Below are positions 22,437-33,204 of a stretch of DNA of 64,000 nucleotides, piece by piece. The notes under the pieces are model-generated. The model saw nothing but the letters and a program-made list of their open reading frames with translations. It was not told the DNA's origin and searched no databases. Source of the DNA: Porphyridium purpureum (Eukaryota); NCBI GenBank assembly GCA_008690995.1, contig VRMN01000004.1:1612001-1676000 (forward strand), given 5' to 3'. Numbering within the stretch: position 1 is the first letter of the stretch; every line of letters begins with the position of its first letter. The translations under genes and the position numbers were made by a program.

Positions 22437-24734
22437 ATGCGGCGTTCGTGGCAACGCGACAGCGTGTCCAGTGCTGCGCGAGAGACAGTATGCTTCGTGG
22501 ACGCCTTGGCTGGGAATCTGGCGCTTGGGCCGCGGCGGAATGGTACGCAGCCTGCTTCAAGTGCACAGAAGGTTGGTTGCGGTGAATTATATCGGTGTGC
22601 GAGCACGGTCGGGGTGAAGAAACGTGCGCGTGCGGCTATAAGATTAAGATGCGTCGTGCCGGTGCTGCAGACGGCCGTCGAGGCGCTGAATGTGCCTCGC
22701 GAGGAGAAGGGCACGGCGAAAGTGCAGGCCATGGATTTTGCGACAATAGCCGCTGTGTTGGCAGAGATTTCAGACTCGGTGGTACCTAGCAAGCTCGAGA
22801 CAGTGTTCCAGGTCTCGGCAAGCAAGTTGGCGCTCGGTCTGCGAACCCAGGAGAAGCGCTGGTGGTTGTACTTGTGCTGGCATGCTTCTTATGGGCACGT
22901 GGCTTTAAGTGAACAAGGTCCTGCGAACAACAGCTCAGCGCGGAACGCCAAGGCGACCAAAGAGGACCAGAACTACTCACTTTCGGCTACGCTGCGTGCA
23001 TTGCTCGCGGGACAAGTGCTCGCTCGCGTAGGCGTCTCGGCCCCCTACGAGCGAGTCCTGAAGCTTGAGTTTGCCCCGCGGCCCGCTGAACAGACCGAGT
23101 GGGTACTCTACTTGGAACTTTTTGGCGGCGGCCGTTCAAATCTTGTGCTTGTAGACCAGGCTGGGTCGATTCGTGCATGCGGGAGGCAGGTCAGCGTGAA
23201 ACGTGCTCAGAGGCCGCTCCAAGTCGGTGCAGAGTACCAGCCTCTCGTGCCGGCGTCGACGCCCGACCCGACCAATTTTATGGACATGCACACTTGGAAG
23301 CAGCATCTCATTCAGCTCGGCACAGGATCAGTTTTCTCGCGCACGTTGGTACGCTGCTTTTCAGGCGTAAGTCCCAGCCTGGCGAATGCAATGCTCATGG
23401 GCACGGGCATTCACCCACGCGACACACTGACCGAGCACCTTTCTGAGGAGCAATGGAATCTTGTCTTTTCTCATTGGTCGCGCTGGTTGGCACTGCTCTC
23501 TGGCGGTGCTTTATCAAACGCAAGATATAGTCCAGTTGAACTGCCAGACATTCAAGCAGAGCGCGCTGGTTTCAAATACTGTGTCGATACCTTTGGACTG
23601 CGTGATGCTGCGGGTGTCGACGCAAACAGTTCGGAGCAAGGCGCGCCTGTCTCGGCGTTGGTGGGAAAGTACTACGGCGCATTCGAGCGCGTCGAGGAGT
23701 TCGAGCGAGTGCGGCGCAGCGTGTGCCAAAGGCTGGATGCAGTCCAGAAGAAGGTGGATTCGCGCATAGCAGGGTTTGAAGCGCGGATGAAAGATGCGGC
23801 AGAGATCGACGAGCTCCGCACGCGCGCCGACAAAATTCTTTCGTTTGCGCACGAATGGACAGCCGGGGACACGCGCTTGACGTACCGAGACACCCAAGGA
23901 GCCGAGGAGCTGATCGAGATTCCCACGGACTGCACAGATGTGGTTGCCTTTGCGACTTCGCTGCACAAGCAGAGCAGCAAGCTCGCTCGTGCAGTGGACA
24001 AGGTAGTACCCTTGCTTGAGGAAAGCCGACTTGACCGGGATTACCTGGACCATATTCGCTGGGCAGTAAGTGACCTGACTGCACGCACTGAAGCCGAGTT
24101 GCATGCCATGCGTGAGATTGAGACGGAAGTGCTCGAAAGGCTCAGCACCCGTGCTCCCGGTGGCATTGTGCGCAACGCAAGGCCCGATGAGGCAATGGGC
24201 AGCGGAGGTGAAAAGAAAAGTTTGAAAAAGCAGACAGTCAAGAAGGCTAGCGGCAAGGCAAAGCAAGCGAACAAGGCAAAAGCATCGTCGGGAGGCGTCT
24301 CACTCGACGACTTTCTGACTGTTCCTATACCCGTCTGGGTGAATAACGAAGAAGAGGCCGAGGAACGTCTTTCGTCTTCGGGCTCCAAGTTTGTGATTGT
24401 GGGTCGCAATAACCGTCAGAACGACGCGGTCTCGTTCAGACTGGCTCGCTCATCTGACATTTGGTTTCATGCGACTGTGCCCGGTGCCCATGTGTTGCTC
24501 AGGATGAGCAGTGGCGACGCCGCGAGTGCGCGTGAGATTGAGTTTGCAGCCAGCGTCGCGGCGTATTTCTCGCGTGCGCGCGACGCTGGAGACGTTGCAG
24601 TCGTTTACTGCAGTCCCAAGAACCTGCGCCGTGCAGGTGCTCCAGGAATGGTGACGTTCAGCAATGAAAAGCAGACACGCGGGCGACCGATGCTTGTGCG
24701 CGACCTGGTTGAGCAGCAGATGCTTGCTGCGTAG
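22437..24734 (+). CDS. rqcH: NFACT/FbpA family protein, bacterial RqcH type, with transit-like N-terminus
   Basis: NFACT-N (MDFATIAAVLAEI; PYERVLKLEF; LYLELFGGGRSNLVLVD), HhH (FSGVSPSLA), coiled coils, NFACT-R (VGRNNRQND; DIWFHATVPGAHVLLR; AASVAAYFSRAR); about 100-aa basic/Ser-rich leader. Confidence 0.88.
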   Translation: MRRSWQRDSVSSAARETVCFVDALAGNLALGPRRNGTQPASSAQKVGCGELYRCASTVGVKKRARAAIRLRCVVPVLQTAVEALNVPREEKGTAKVQAMDFATIAAVLAEISDSVVPSKLETVFQVSASKLALGLRTQEKRWWLYLCWHASYGHVALSEQGPANNSSARNAKATKEDQNYSLSATLRALLAGQVLARVGVSAPYERVLKLEFAPRPAEQTEWVLYLELFGGGRSNLVLVDQAGSIRACGRQVSVKRAQRPLQVGAEYQPLVPASTPDPTNFMDMHTWKQHLIQLGTGSVFSRTLVRCFSGVSPSLANAMLMGTGIHPRDTLTEHLSEEQWNLVFSHWSRWLALLSGGALSNARYSPVELPDIQAERAGFKYCVDTFGLRDAAGVDANSSEQGAPVSALVGKYYGAFERVEEFERVRRSVCQRLDAVQKKVDSRIAGFEARMKDAAEIDELRTRADKILSFAHEWTAGDTRLTYRDTQGAEELIEIPTDCTDVVAFATSLHKQSSKLARAVDKVVPLLEESRLDRDYLDHIRWAVSDLTARTEAELHAMREIETEVLERLSTRAPGGIVRNARPDEAMGSGGEKKSLKKQTVKKASGKAKQANKAKASSGGVSLDDFLTVPIPVWVNNEEEAEERLSSSGSKFVIVGRNNRQNDAVSFRLARSSDIWFHATVPGAHVLLRMSSGDAASAREIEFAASVAAYFSRARDAGDVAVVYCSPKNLRRAGAPGMVTFSNEKQTRGRPMLVRDLVEQQMLAA

Positions 24735-25128
24735 CATGTAGCCCGGCTTGGGTCTCCGCAAGCAAATGCCTCTAAATCAGACTCGACTGCAGAGCAGAGC
24801 GCACTCGTGGATGCAAAAGATGTAGAGAGGTAGGAGGGGAAAACAAATAGGAACAGATTGCGATGCTTTCCCCCATCGCAAAGGAGCGGTACGATAAAGA
24901 TACAAAAGTGCATCAGCACATGCAATGCTTCGAGCTGTACCAAAAAAAAAAAAAAAAAAACAACAACAAGAAGAAACGTGCGCTTCTAGTTACAAAAGAA
25001 AAGGAAAACAAGTAGAGAAACAGAACAAAAATAGAAACCGGAAAGAGTAGACACGAAGAGAAAGGATTTGCAGCCGCTTCTTTGATGTCGCAACAGTTCG
25101 ATTCGTAATATACATACAAGGCCAATAC

Positions 25129-26640
25129 TTACTTGGACTTGCTCGTGCTCTTTGAATCCTGCTTGGCTTGGTGCATTTGTTTTCGCTTCTCCTCGCGATT
25201 CTTCTTCGCTTGAAATTCGTGCATGCTTGCGTACGTGGGCATCTCAGCTTGCGGCGTCGGCGGCGGGTATTCCTTGAACCACGCGTGTGCGAGCGCCTGC
25301 TCCGCAGTAAGCCGCTTGGAAGGGTCTAGACAAAGAAGACCCAGAATTAGCTGCACGAGTTCGTCAGACATTCTCGAAGGGGCAGTCTGCTCATCGCGCA
25401 AGATCGTTTCAAACTTGCGCAGGTACTCGGGAAGCGTCCTGTCGTATTTGGACCTGCTCACTGTGCTTGCCCCGGGTAACTTTTCCCACCCCGGCCACTC
25501 TTCGCTATTCGGAGGTCCACACTTGCCGAAAATCAACGCGAGTTGCTCGGCCTCAGTGCGCCCAGGAAACAGCGGTTTGCGGATGGCGAGCTCAGCCAGC
25601 AAGCAGCCGACCGACCATAGATCAACAGCTGGGCCGTACTGAAGCTCGCCAAGCAGCAGCTCGGGCGGGCGGTACCACAGCGTAATCACGCGGTTCGTAT
25701 ACTTGCGTCCGGGCTCACCATACGAGCGTGCGAGCCCAAAGTCCGCAATCTTGAGTTGTCCAGTGTTATTAATGAGCAGATTGGAGCCTTTGATGTCGCG
25801 GTGCAGCACGTCGCGGTCGTGGCAGTGCTTGAGACCTTGCAGTAGTTGCTGCATGTAGCACTTGATCTGACCCTCCGTGAAATGCACATTGGTGTCCATG
25901 AGGCCGGTCAGGTCATGGTCCATGTACTCAAAGACCATGTAGATCGAGCCCTTTCCTGTTCGCGACTTCTCCGCGTCGTCCTGCCCCGTCACGATCTCCT
26001 TGAGGTTCACAATGTTTTCATGGTGCAAGGTCTTGAGCAGCTTTATCTCGCGAATTGCCGTGAGTGGAAAGCCTTCTCGTTCATTGTCCATGCGCACCTT
26101 TTTCAGTGCAACCATGTCGCTCGGCTCGTCATCGGGTAGCTCTTTGCTCATCGTTGCCGACGCATGGTGAGGGGTCGACGGGCCGCCGCTGGCACCTGAA
26201 GCAGTGGCGCGCGGGTTCACGACTGCCGCAGACGAGCCAGACGACTGCGACGACTGTCCCACGGCCGTGGCCGTCGCGCTCGTGCTCCCCGTGGCATGCG
26301 AGGCTCCGCCGAGCGCGGCATCCGGGTGGCCCTTGCCAGCCTGACCATTTCGAGGAGTAACACTCCACGCGGGCGTTCCAGGCAAGCCCTGCGCGCCACT
26401 TTCGAGGGAACTCCCCGCAGCCGGCTCGAGGCCAGCTCCACCCGCAGATGCGGCCGCCAATCGAGCGCGCTTCGCACGAATGTCACGCGCCTTCCACACC
26501 TTGCCGTACGTGCCTTCGCCCACTTGCTCCAGCAGCTCGAACGCCGACACGTTCCGGGACACCCATGGTCTCCGCTCGCGCGCCGGGGGCACCACCACGC
26601 CGGCCGGGTAGCTATACGTGCCTGCGGCAGCGCCTTCCAT
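25129..26640 (-). CDS. Cyclin-dependent kinase, CDKC/CDK9/CDK12 (Pol II CTD kinase) class
   Basis: GEGTYGKV, VALKK, EGFPLTAIRE, HRDIKGSN, DFGLAR, YTNRVITLWYRPPELLLG. First ATG at 26640. Confidence 0.92.
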   Translation of the reverse strand: MEGAAAGTYSYPAGVVVPPARERRPWVSRNVSAFELLEQVGEGTYGKVWKARDIRAKRARLAAASAGGAGLEPAAGSSLESGAQGLPGTPAWSVTPRNGQAGKGHPDAALGGASHATGSTSATATAVGQSSQSSGSSAAVVNPRATASGASGGPSTPHHASATMSKELPDDEPSDMVALKKVRMDNEREGFPLTAIREIKLLKTLHHENIVNLKEIVTGQDDAEKSRTGKGSIYMVFEYMDHDLTGLMDTNVHFTEGQIKCYMQQLLQGLKHCHDRDVLHRDIKGSNLLINNTGQLKIADFGLARSYGEPGRKYTNRVITLWYRPPELLLGELQYGPAVDLWSVGCLLAELAIRKPLFPGRTEAEQLALIFGKCGPPNSEEWPGWEKLPGASTVSRSKYDRTLPEYLRKFETILRDEQTAPSRMSDELVQLILGLLCLDPSKRLTAEQALAHAWFKEYPPPTPQAEMPTYASMHEFQAKKNREEKRKQMHQAKQDSKSTSKSK

Positions 26641-26793
26641 CTCGTCCACCGTCGCTGCGTCTGTTCTCCTGCTGCAGCACCACCTTCGAACCCGATCGCG
26701 ACTCCCGCGAGAAACCCTAACGCGCCGATCCACACTGTACTTCAGGTGTACGTCCTCTTTCAGTGTACCCACTGTACCTTTATTGAGGCCTGC

Positions 26794-28332
26794 TTACGCT
26801 GCGCTCGCGGGCTGACGCGCGTGCAGGCGGACGAGCGAGTCGCCTGGGTAGATGGTGGGCAGGTACTCATACATGTCCGACTTGTCTGTGCGCCTGCGCG
26901 TCCAGTCGCACTCTGTGGAGAGCATGCTGAGAAACGCGATGAGGTGGTTCACCGCGTACTCGCGGCCGACGCAGTAGTGCGGGCCCTGTCCGAACGGAAG
27001 GAAGTTGGCGCGGTGCGTGATGTGCTCCTGGCGCTCAGGCATCATGCGCTCCGGTAAGAATGTGTGCGGCTCCGGAAAGTCCTGGTGGCATACCTCGATC
27101 AGGCTCGGGAATACCATGCTGCCCTTGGGAACGACATAATCCGGCGTGAGCTGGTAGTCTGCCATCGCAATCTGCGGGACAAACACGGCGGGAGGCCGGA
27201 AGCGCAGTGTTTCTAGAATCACAGCGCGCGTGTACACCAGCTTCTCCATCAGGTCGAATGTCAGGGGCTCGTTGTTCGGTCGCACCGCCTGCTGCTCCTC
27301 GCGCACCTTCGCGAGAATCTCTGGGTGGTCAGCCATGAGCACCGTGACCCACGCCAGCGATGCGGTGGACGCATCCTGGCTCGCAAAAAGAAAGTCGAGC
27401 ATCACATGGCCCATGCCGTCGTCACTCGCATAGTGCGCGTACGGCGCGCCGGAACGGTCGCATTCATCAATCTCCTCCAGCACGCGCTGCGCCCAAAAGT
27501 CCATCAGGCACTCGGGCTCTTCGCCGGCCTCCATACGCGCCTTGCTCAGCTTGGCGCAGTGGGCAAGCTCCACAGTCACGCGCTTGCGCGCCTGGATCGA
27601 CTTGTACAGCTGCGAACCCGGGAAAAGAATGGGCAGGCACAGGAAACCCAGCGTGAGCTCGAGGTAGTCCTTGGAGAATTGCTCCTGGTCGCGGATATAC
27701 TTACCGACAAACACGTATTGGCTGGTGCGGAGGTTGAGGTCACGCACAAAGGGCCGCAGCTCGAACTCAGCACCATTGCTTGCAATCATCTTTTTCAGGG
27801 TGTCTCGAATGCACTCCTGCTGAATCTTGAGGTACACAGACAATGCCTTTCGTGTGAACAAGCTCACAAACGACTTGCGCAGCGCTTTGTGCTTGGGCCC
27901 ATTGATGAACGCAATATTTGCGTCCCCCAGCAGCTTGTGACCGTTCGGGTGAAGAATCATCTTGAACGAGTCGTCGCCGTTGTTATTGAGGATCGTGCGC
28001 ACCGCCTCTGGCTCGGTCACAAGAACGCTAAAGTACCCCACGATGGAGTTCCACGAAATCCCCGAGGGCGCATAGTCCCGCTGCGCGTTCCAAAAGCCGA
28101 ACGGGTCCGCCGTCATGTTCAGAATGGAGCCGATAAACGGCATGGCGATCACCGGACCAGGCAGCGACTTGCCAGACTGCGTCTTGCGCACGCGCAGAAA
28201 GTACAGCTGCTCCATAACCGCGAGCGTGAGCAGGCCGACCAGCACGACGCCGCCCATTTTCATCCACACTCCCGCGTCGCGCACGAGCACGCTACTGCCC
28301 ACATCGCTCAGCGCCGTCCCGTCGGACGCCAT
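26794..28332 (-). CDS. CYP710: Cytochrome P450 CYP710, sterol C-22 desaturase
   Basis: Diagnostic I-helix FLFASQDAST, ETLR, PER, haem motif FGQGPHYCVG, N-terminal membrane anchor. Confidence 0.92.
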   Translation of the reverse strand: MASDGTALSDVGSSVLVRDAGVWMKMGGVVLVGLLTLAVMEQLYFLRVRKTQSGKSLPGPVIAMPFIGSILNMTADPFGFWNAQRDYAPSGISWNSIVGYFSVLVTEPEAVRTILNNNGDDSFKMILHPNGHKLLGDANIAFINGPKHKALRKSFVSLFTRKALSVYLKIQQECIRDTLKKMIASNGAEFELRPFVRDLNLRTSQYVFVGKYIRDQEQFSKDYLELTLGFLCLPILFPGSQLYKSIQARKRVTVELAHCAKLSKARMEAGEEPECLMDFWAQRVLEEIDECDRSGAPYAHYASDDGMGHVMLDFLFASQDASTASLAWVTVLMADHPEILAKVREEQQAVRPNNEPLTFDLMEKLVYTRAVILETLRFRPPAVFVPQIAMADYQLTPDYVVPKGSMVFPSLIEVCHQDFPEPHTFLPERMMPERQEHITHRANFLPFGQGPHYCVGREYAVNHLIAFLSMLSTECDWTRRRTDKSDMYEYLPTIYPGDSLVRLHARQPASAA

Positions 28333-28607
28333 GGTCTCCAATGCCGTGCGGCTCTCCTCGTCTATCCCTTCTCAATCCCCGCGCCACGTCGTCCCGTTCC
28401 CTTCCAAACTCCTTACCCGCTTCCTCCCCCCGCTCCACCCACGCACCGATTCTCAACCTCACAAACGGTGAACCGCGCATGAAATCACAAATCAGGGCCA
28501 GCCAATGATAAAACGGCGAGTAACCCTAAATTACCCTAGACCGCGGGCGTTATCGGCGCGCGCGTTTCCGATTCCGGTTCACACGTTCAAACGTTTGAAC
28601 ACGTCTT

Positions 28608-30092
28608 TCATAGCTTCTGCTGCTGCTGTTGCTGCTGCTGGTGTATGCTTGAGCTCACTTGCTTCTTGACGATGGCGGCGCTCTTTTTGCGCACGTGGTC
28701 GTCATCACCATTATCGTCGTCGTCGTCGTCGTCACTGAGATGCAGAACGGTATTCGAATCAGTCGTGTTGCTGAGAAGCGATGCGTGATGCGGTTTCGCG
28801 CGCTTCGCACTCGCAGACTCGCGCGAGGTGAGCACGTACCGAGCGCCGGCACCGGAGCCGAATTTGCGGCTGATCTCGAGCACTGCGGCGTCCTCCAGGT
28901 GTGCGCGTGCGCTACGCGAGCGCTTTGCCCCCAGCCCGCCGGAGGACGTTCCGTGTGGCTGATCTCGCGCGAACTTTGAGGACGAATGCGGCTGCGTTCG
29001 GCTGGCACCCCAACTGCGAATGGTCGGACCGGCAGAAAGGGTCAGCTCGGGGCGCCGCGAGGCGGTCGCATGCAACATGAATTGCTCGGCGTGCTTTGCG
29101 CACATTGAGCTCGAGTGTCTCGTGTCCAGCGGCTCGCAGCATCCTGGCGCGCGCACTGCCCCTCCGCTCCGTGGCTTGTGCGCACATAGCTTGAAGTACT
29201 TGCACTGCCCCAGCAGCAGAATTTTGCCTCGGGCGCGCACCTGGAATATACAGTCCGTGTCGATGCCACCGAATCCTCCAAACTGAGGCGCGATGGGGTC
29301 CTGGAAGACGACTACTTGCCCCGGCTTAATCGTTGGCGTCTCCTGCAGTGCACCGCCGCTCACCATGATGCGCACAGAGTCGGTGCTCTGCATGCCACGC
29401 ACGTCGCTGAGGTCCGCTAGCTGCACACAGAGCTGTTCTTTGCCCGTCCGATTGTCTGTGAACTGCTCGCCAATGCGCACCACGCAGCCGTACAGGCACA
29501 CCCCTTCAGCACCAGCGCTGTCTGCAAGCGTGTTTAAGGACGCCTCGTGGCGCCGCGCGTTCCGCACATCCACCATGCGCCGCGAGCGCGCATTGTCCTT
29601 GGCCTCCATTTCGCGCGCAACGGCAATGCGTCCCGAAACCGAGTCGAAGCAGATCTGCAACGCCACACGATTCGCACTTTCAAGCTCGGTCTCTGCTTTC
29701 AAAGAGGGCTTTGTCGCTCCTGCCGCCGCCGCCGCCCTGACTGCCGCTGCGCGCGCAGGTCGAGCTTTGTCTTTTACAAAAGTGTGTTGCCTTTGTTCGG
29801 CAGTACCTGTTCCGATATTCTTCGATTTCACCGAGTCCCGAGCGGGTGCCTGGCTCACCCCAAGAAATCCCGGCGGCCGAATCATGCCCGCTTGACTCTT
29901 TTGCTGGCGAACCTCTCCTGCAGCTTGGCTCGGTATCCTCTGGGGCGCCAGACGCTCCGTCGCCGCCGATGCGGAAGCCGATATCGATGAGATATCCTTC
30001 TCCGTCCGAGTCCATGCCTCGTCACTCGCTTGTGCGTGAATATCACCGGCATGAAGCAAGCTTAACAGCAACTGCTCCCCAGAATCCTCCAT
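28608..30092 (-). CDS. MCM10-like replication factor
   Basis: OB-fold-like segment (LCVQLADL...IKPGQVVVFQDP...KILLLG) followed by a CCCH-type Zn finger (KLC...GCCEPLD...MCAKH) and R.EL motif. Confidence 0.6.
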   Translation of the reverse strand: MEDSGEQLLLSLLHAGDIHAQASDEAWTRTEKDISSISASASAATERLAPQRIPSQAAGEVRQQKSQAGMIRPPGFLGVSQAPARDSVKSKNIGTGTAEQRQHTFVKDKARPARAAAVRAAAAAGATKPSLKAETELESANRVALQICFDSVSGRIAVAREMEAKDNARSRRMVDVRNARRHEASLNTLADSAGAEGVCLYGCVVRIGEQFTDNRTGKEQLCVQLADLSDVRGMQSTDSVRIMVSGGALQETPTIKPGQVVVFQDPIAPQFGGFGGIDTDCIFQVRARGKILLLGQCKYFKLCAHKPRSGGAVRAPGCCEPLDTRHSSSMCAKHAEQFMLHATASRRPELTLSAGPTIRSWGASRTQPHSSSKFARDQPHGTSSGGLGAKRSRSARAHLEDAAVLEISRKFGSGAGARYVLTSRESASAKRAKPHHASLLSNTTDSNTVLHLSDDDDDDDNGDDDHVRKKSAAIVKKQVSSSIHQQQQQQQQKL

Positions 30093-32220
30093 TGTTCCGA
30101 CCGAGTCTCGTCCTCAGGCAGCTCAACAAGAACAAACCTCACACAGACTTTGAGTCCTGCGCAGCTCTACACCCACAAAGACACGCGGTCACACACTCAC
30201 CTTCCTGGACCCACACTTCCGGCAGCCTGCGCGCCCAGCACACAGCAGCACCGCAGGGCACGCGTCGTGTACGGACCATAGCCGTCGGCGACCAACAAGG
30301 CCAATCACCACGTGCCTTGTCTGTCATTGTCGCTCTGCATTCTCGCGGGTTGCGCGTCCCTTTGCAATTTCGTGTTCGCGCGCTTTCTTTCTCACTGTAC
30401 TAAGGAGTACACTTGGGTGTTTTTGGTCGGTGTTTTTTCAGGTGGCAGAGCAAGTTGGAGCTCGACAAGCGTGACGCGCCGAGTATCGTAGCAGCGTCGC
30501 ATAGCGGACCCTCGCGTCCCGCCCGTAGCGCACTGCAACACCAGCGTGCAGGTGTAAAAGCAAGCGAACAGATGGCACTTCCAGAGCGCTGGAGTAAGAA
30601 TCGAACTCCCGACCAAATTGGCAATAGTATCGAGACCCAAGCAGAACCCGTTGTGGAGTCGCCTTTTAAAGGAGTAGGCCGCAAATTAATGAGCAGTCAT
30701 GTCCTTGATAGCGATGATCACATAAAATTGAGTCCCGCACCCTGTACGTGGGCAAACTGGCGCTGAGGGCTTTTGCCAAAAGCAGGCAGTTCTTGTACAA
30801 GCGCAACAGGCCGGAGGCGGAGCAGTCTCTCATCCAAAATTCTGGACATGATATGAAACAGGTAGAGATTTTGTAATTGCAATGGGAGGTGCATACACTT
30901 TATCTATGAAAAAGAGACGCACACGGGGACCATTTGTGAGAACTAAAACGGTGTTCGAACCGAGCAGCACATCTGTCTCGTGACTTGTGCTTCGTCGCCG
31001 CAGTCAAAGAGTCATACCAATCTGCGAAGGAGTTGGATTGGCTATCGTTGAACCGGTAAATTCTCGAGGATTGCAGATAGGGCACCATGTTTTCTTCCAC
31101 GTGGCCGAAATAAAACATAAGATTTTATAATGTCGGCATGCCATTGCATTCCATCAGAGTCATGAAGACGGCAGGATGCAGCCAAACTGTCTGTGAGCGC
31201 TTTTCTGTGATCCGAATTGATATGTGTAATGTATTGCTGTGTGGCTGGCATTGAGAGATGGAATGGGTTTGTGGCGATCTCGCTGCCAGCGTCGGATTTG
31301 CCACGCTTTGCCAAGTACGTGAGGACAATTTAATAAGGGTTTGCCGGTAAGTGACTTGAGCACGAATTGGAACCGCAGTGTGGACGAATTCATGAATCAA
31401 TTGACTTGTTCTATACAACCAAAGTAAACGCACGACAAAGTTGGGCATGTGACACTCAAATGCAGGGGTTACTGGCGCACAGCTCGCTTTCAAGTGAGCA
31501 GGCTGACATTTTGCGCAGAGAATGCAGCCTCGGTATCGAATGCGCGTCACATTCGGAGGAGATAAGGTTCCCAAAATCAAGTGAAGACTTTGACTGGGAC
31601 GACAGGCATGCGCGCTGCGTGGAGCGATTGCTTCGGGACAGAGGTTTTGTGCTTCTTGTAGAAGCTTTTGGGATTTGAGTGTGCGGGATAAAATGTTTCG
31701 ATCTAGAGCTATTTAATCTCCTAATTGGGAACTCACTCGTGGATCAGAGGATTTTTTGGCTGCATGTTTTGCTGATAAGCCCGAACTGGAAAATATTTTT
31801 CAGAAAATAAAGACAATACCGACTCAACTGCCGTATTCTTATGATATAATAAGCTGGGTCGGAGAGCAGGCCTCAGTTTTAATGTCTGCTCGATTCAGCC
31901 GCGCGAGTCAACACAATCAAGCAGAGTTCAGGACTCGAAGGTGTCCTGGTTGGCCTCTGCGGCTGTTGTCTAGCCTGACACAACTTGTTGGTTTGGGTTA
32001 TCTGGCAATTGCTCGTTATCTCGCTCTCTTTTCCGCACGAGTCAGTCGTCCACCACACTGGACGTCATCCATCACAAAGGAACGTGAAGTGTTCTATAAA
32101 AATGGCGCTGTTTTAATATGCGATGCGCGAACGCTCGCAGGTGGTTGCGTGTGGTGGTAAAAGTAGTGTGGACGAGGTGCGAGAGACTAGACTTGGACCA
32201 GCGGCACGCGCGGTGCAAGG

Positions 32221-33129
32221 ATGTGTGGAGCGATGGCGCGGCGGGATGGAGCCTCGTGCGTCAGACCTGCGCGCGATGCGTACGCTGCGTTTGTTGGAGG
32301 CGCGTCGGTGTCTGTGAAGCAGAGCTGGGTGCGGCCATTGGGCGCCGCGCAGTTGCCGCTGGGCCGGAATGGGATTGCGAATACGCAACGACGACGAGGT
32401 GCGCAGAGCAAGCGCGTGGCGCGAGGCGCGAGGGCTTGGATGCGGACGCCTTTGGATAGGCGTGGCGAAGGTTTATCAGAACAAGACTTGATTGACGCGG
32501 ATCTGAGTACTACACCGGATGCATCTCAGACTGCCGACGCCGCAACACGCAGGAACGTGCTGATTGGGCTTGGTCTGGCAGCCGTGACCACGGCGTTGGC
32601 TCTCATTCCGACAGGAGAGACAGAGCGTGAAGGCGGCGGGGCCGGATTCATCGCGACGCCAAATTTTGCACCATCAACGTCGAATTTGGGTGGCAGCGTG
32701 GACGAGCTGGTGCTCAACCTGGTCTACGCCGCGGACGCGTTTGCCTCACTTCGGGACAGTGTGACGAAGCAGGAAATATCCACGCGTGATGCATCCTTAC
32801 AAGCGCAACGCGTGGGGCAGAATTATCGTTTGCTGCAGACCATGAATGCGCTTCAAAGCAGCACCCGGCCGCAGATGAAGACGACCACGGCCAAGGTGGC
32901 CGACGTTCTGACGCAGCTGACGGACTATTTTGACGAAAAGTTTGCCGTGGCTGACGATGAATCGCTGGCTGCGCTGCGAACTCGCCTCGAGAAAGAAAAA
33001 TACTTGATGCGTGCGCTGCAAGTCGCTGTCGATGCGATCAATGAATTCATTAAGAACATACCAGACCGTGATGCAGTCGAGCGCGCACAGCGTCTCGCAA
33101 TGTCACAGGGAGTACCTTCCGCGCAATAG
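32221..33129 (+). CDS. Hypothetical thylakoid protein with twin-arginine signal (PsbQ-like helical bundle possible)
   Basis: AAFVGG transit motif, TRRNVLIGLGLAAV Tat-like signal, all-helical C-terminal domain. Confidence 0.6.
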   Translation: MCGAMARRDGASCVRPARDAYAAFVGGASVSVKQSWVRPLGAAQLPLGRNGIANTQRRRGAQSKRVARGARAWMRTPLDRRGEGLSEQDLIDADLSTTPDASQTADAATRRNVLIGLGLAAVTTALALIPTGETEREGGGAGFIATPNFAPSTSNLGGSVDELVLNLVYAADAFASLRDSVTKQEISTRDASLQAQRVGQNYRLLQTMNALQSSTRPQMKTTTAKVADVLTQLTDYFDEKFAVADDESLAALRTRLEKEKYLMRALQVAVDAINEFIKNIPDRDAVERAQRLAMSQGVPSAQ

Positions 33130-33204
33130 ATTAATGATGCAGGGGGGGCATAAGCCAATGAAGCCTCAATACGTTTGAAAAACAGAGCGCCAGCGCATCT
33201 TTGC

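Noticed and set aside
24942..24960. Poly(A) run as a retroposed-gene tail
   Set aside because: Lies in an A-rich convergent 3' intergenic region; no TSD or retrocopy evidence.
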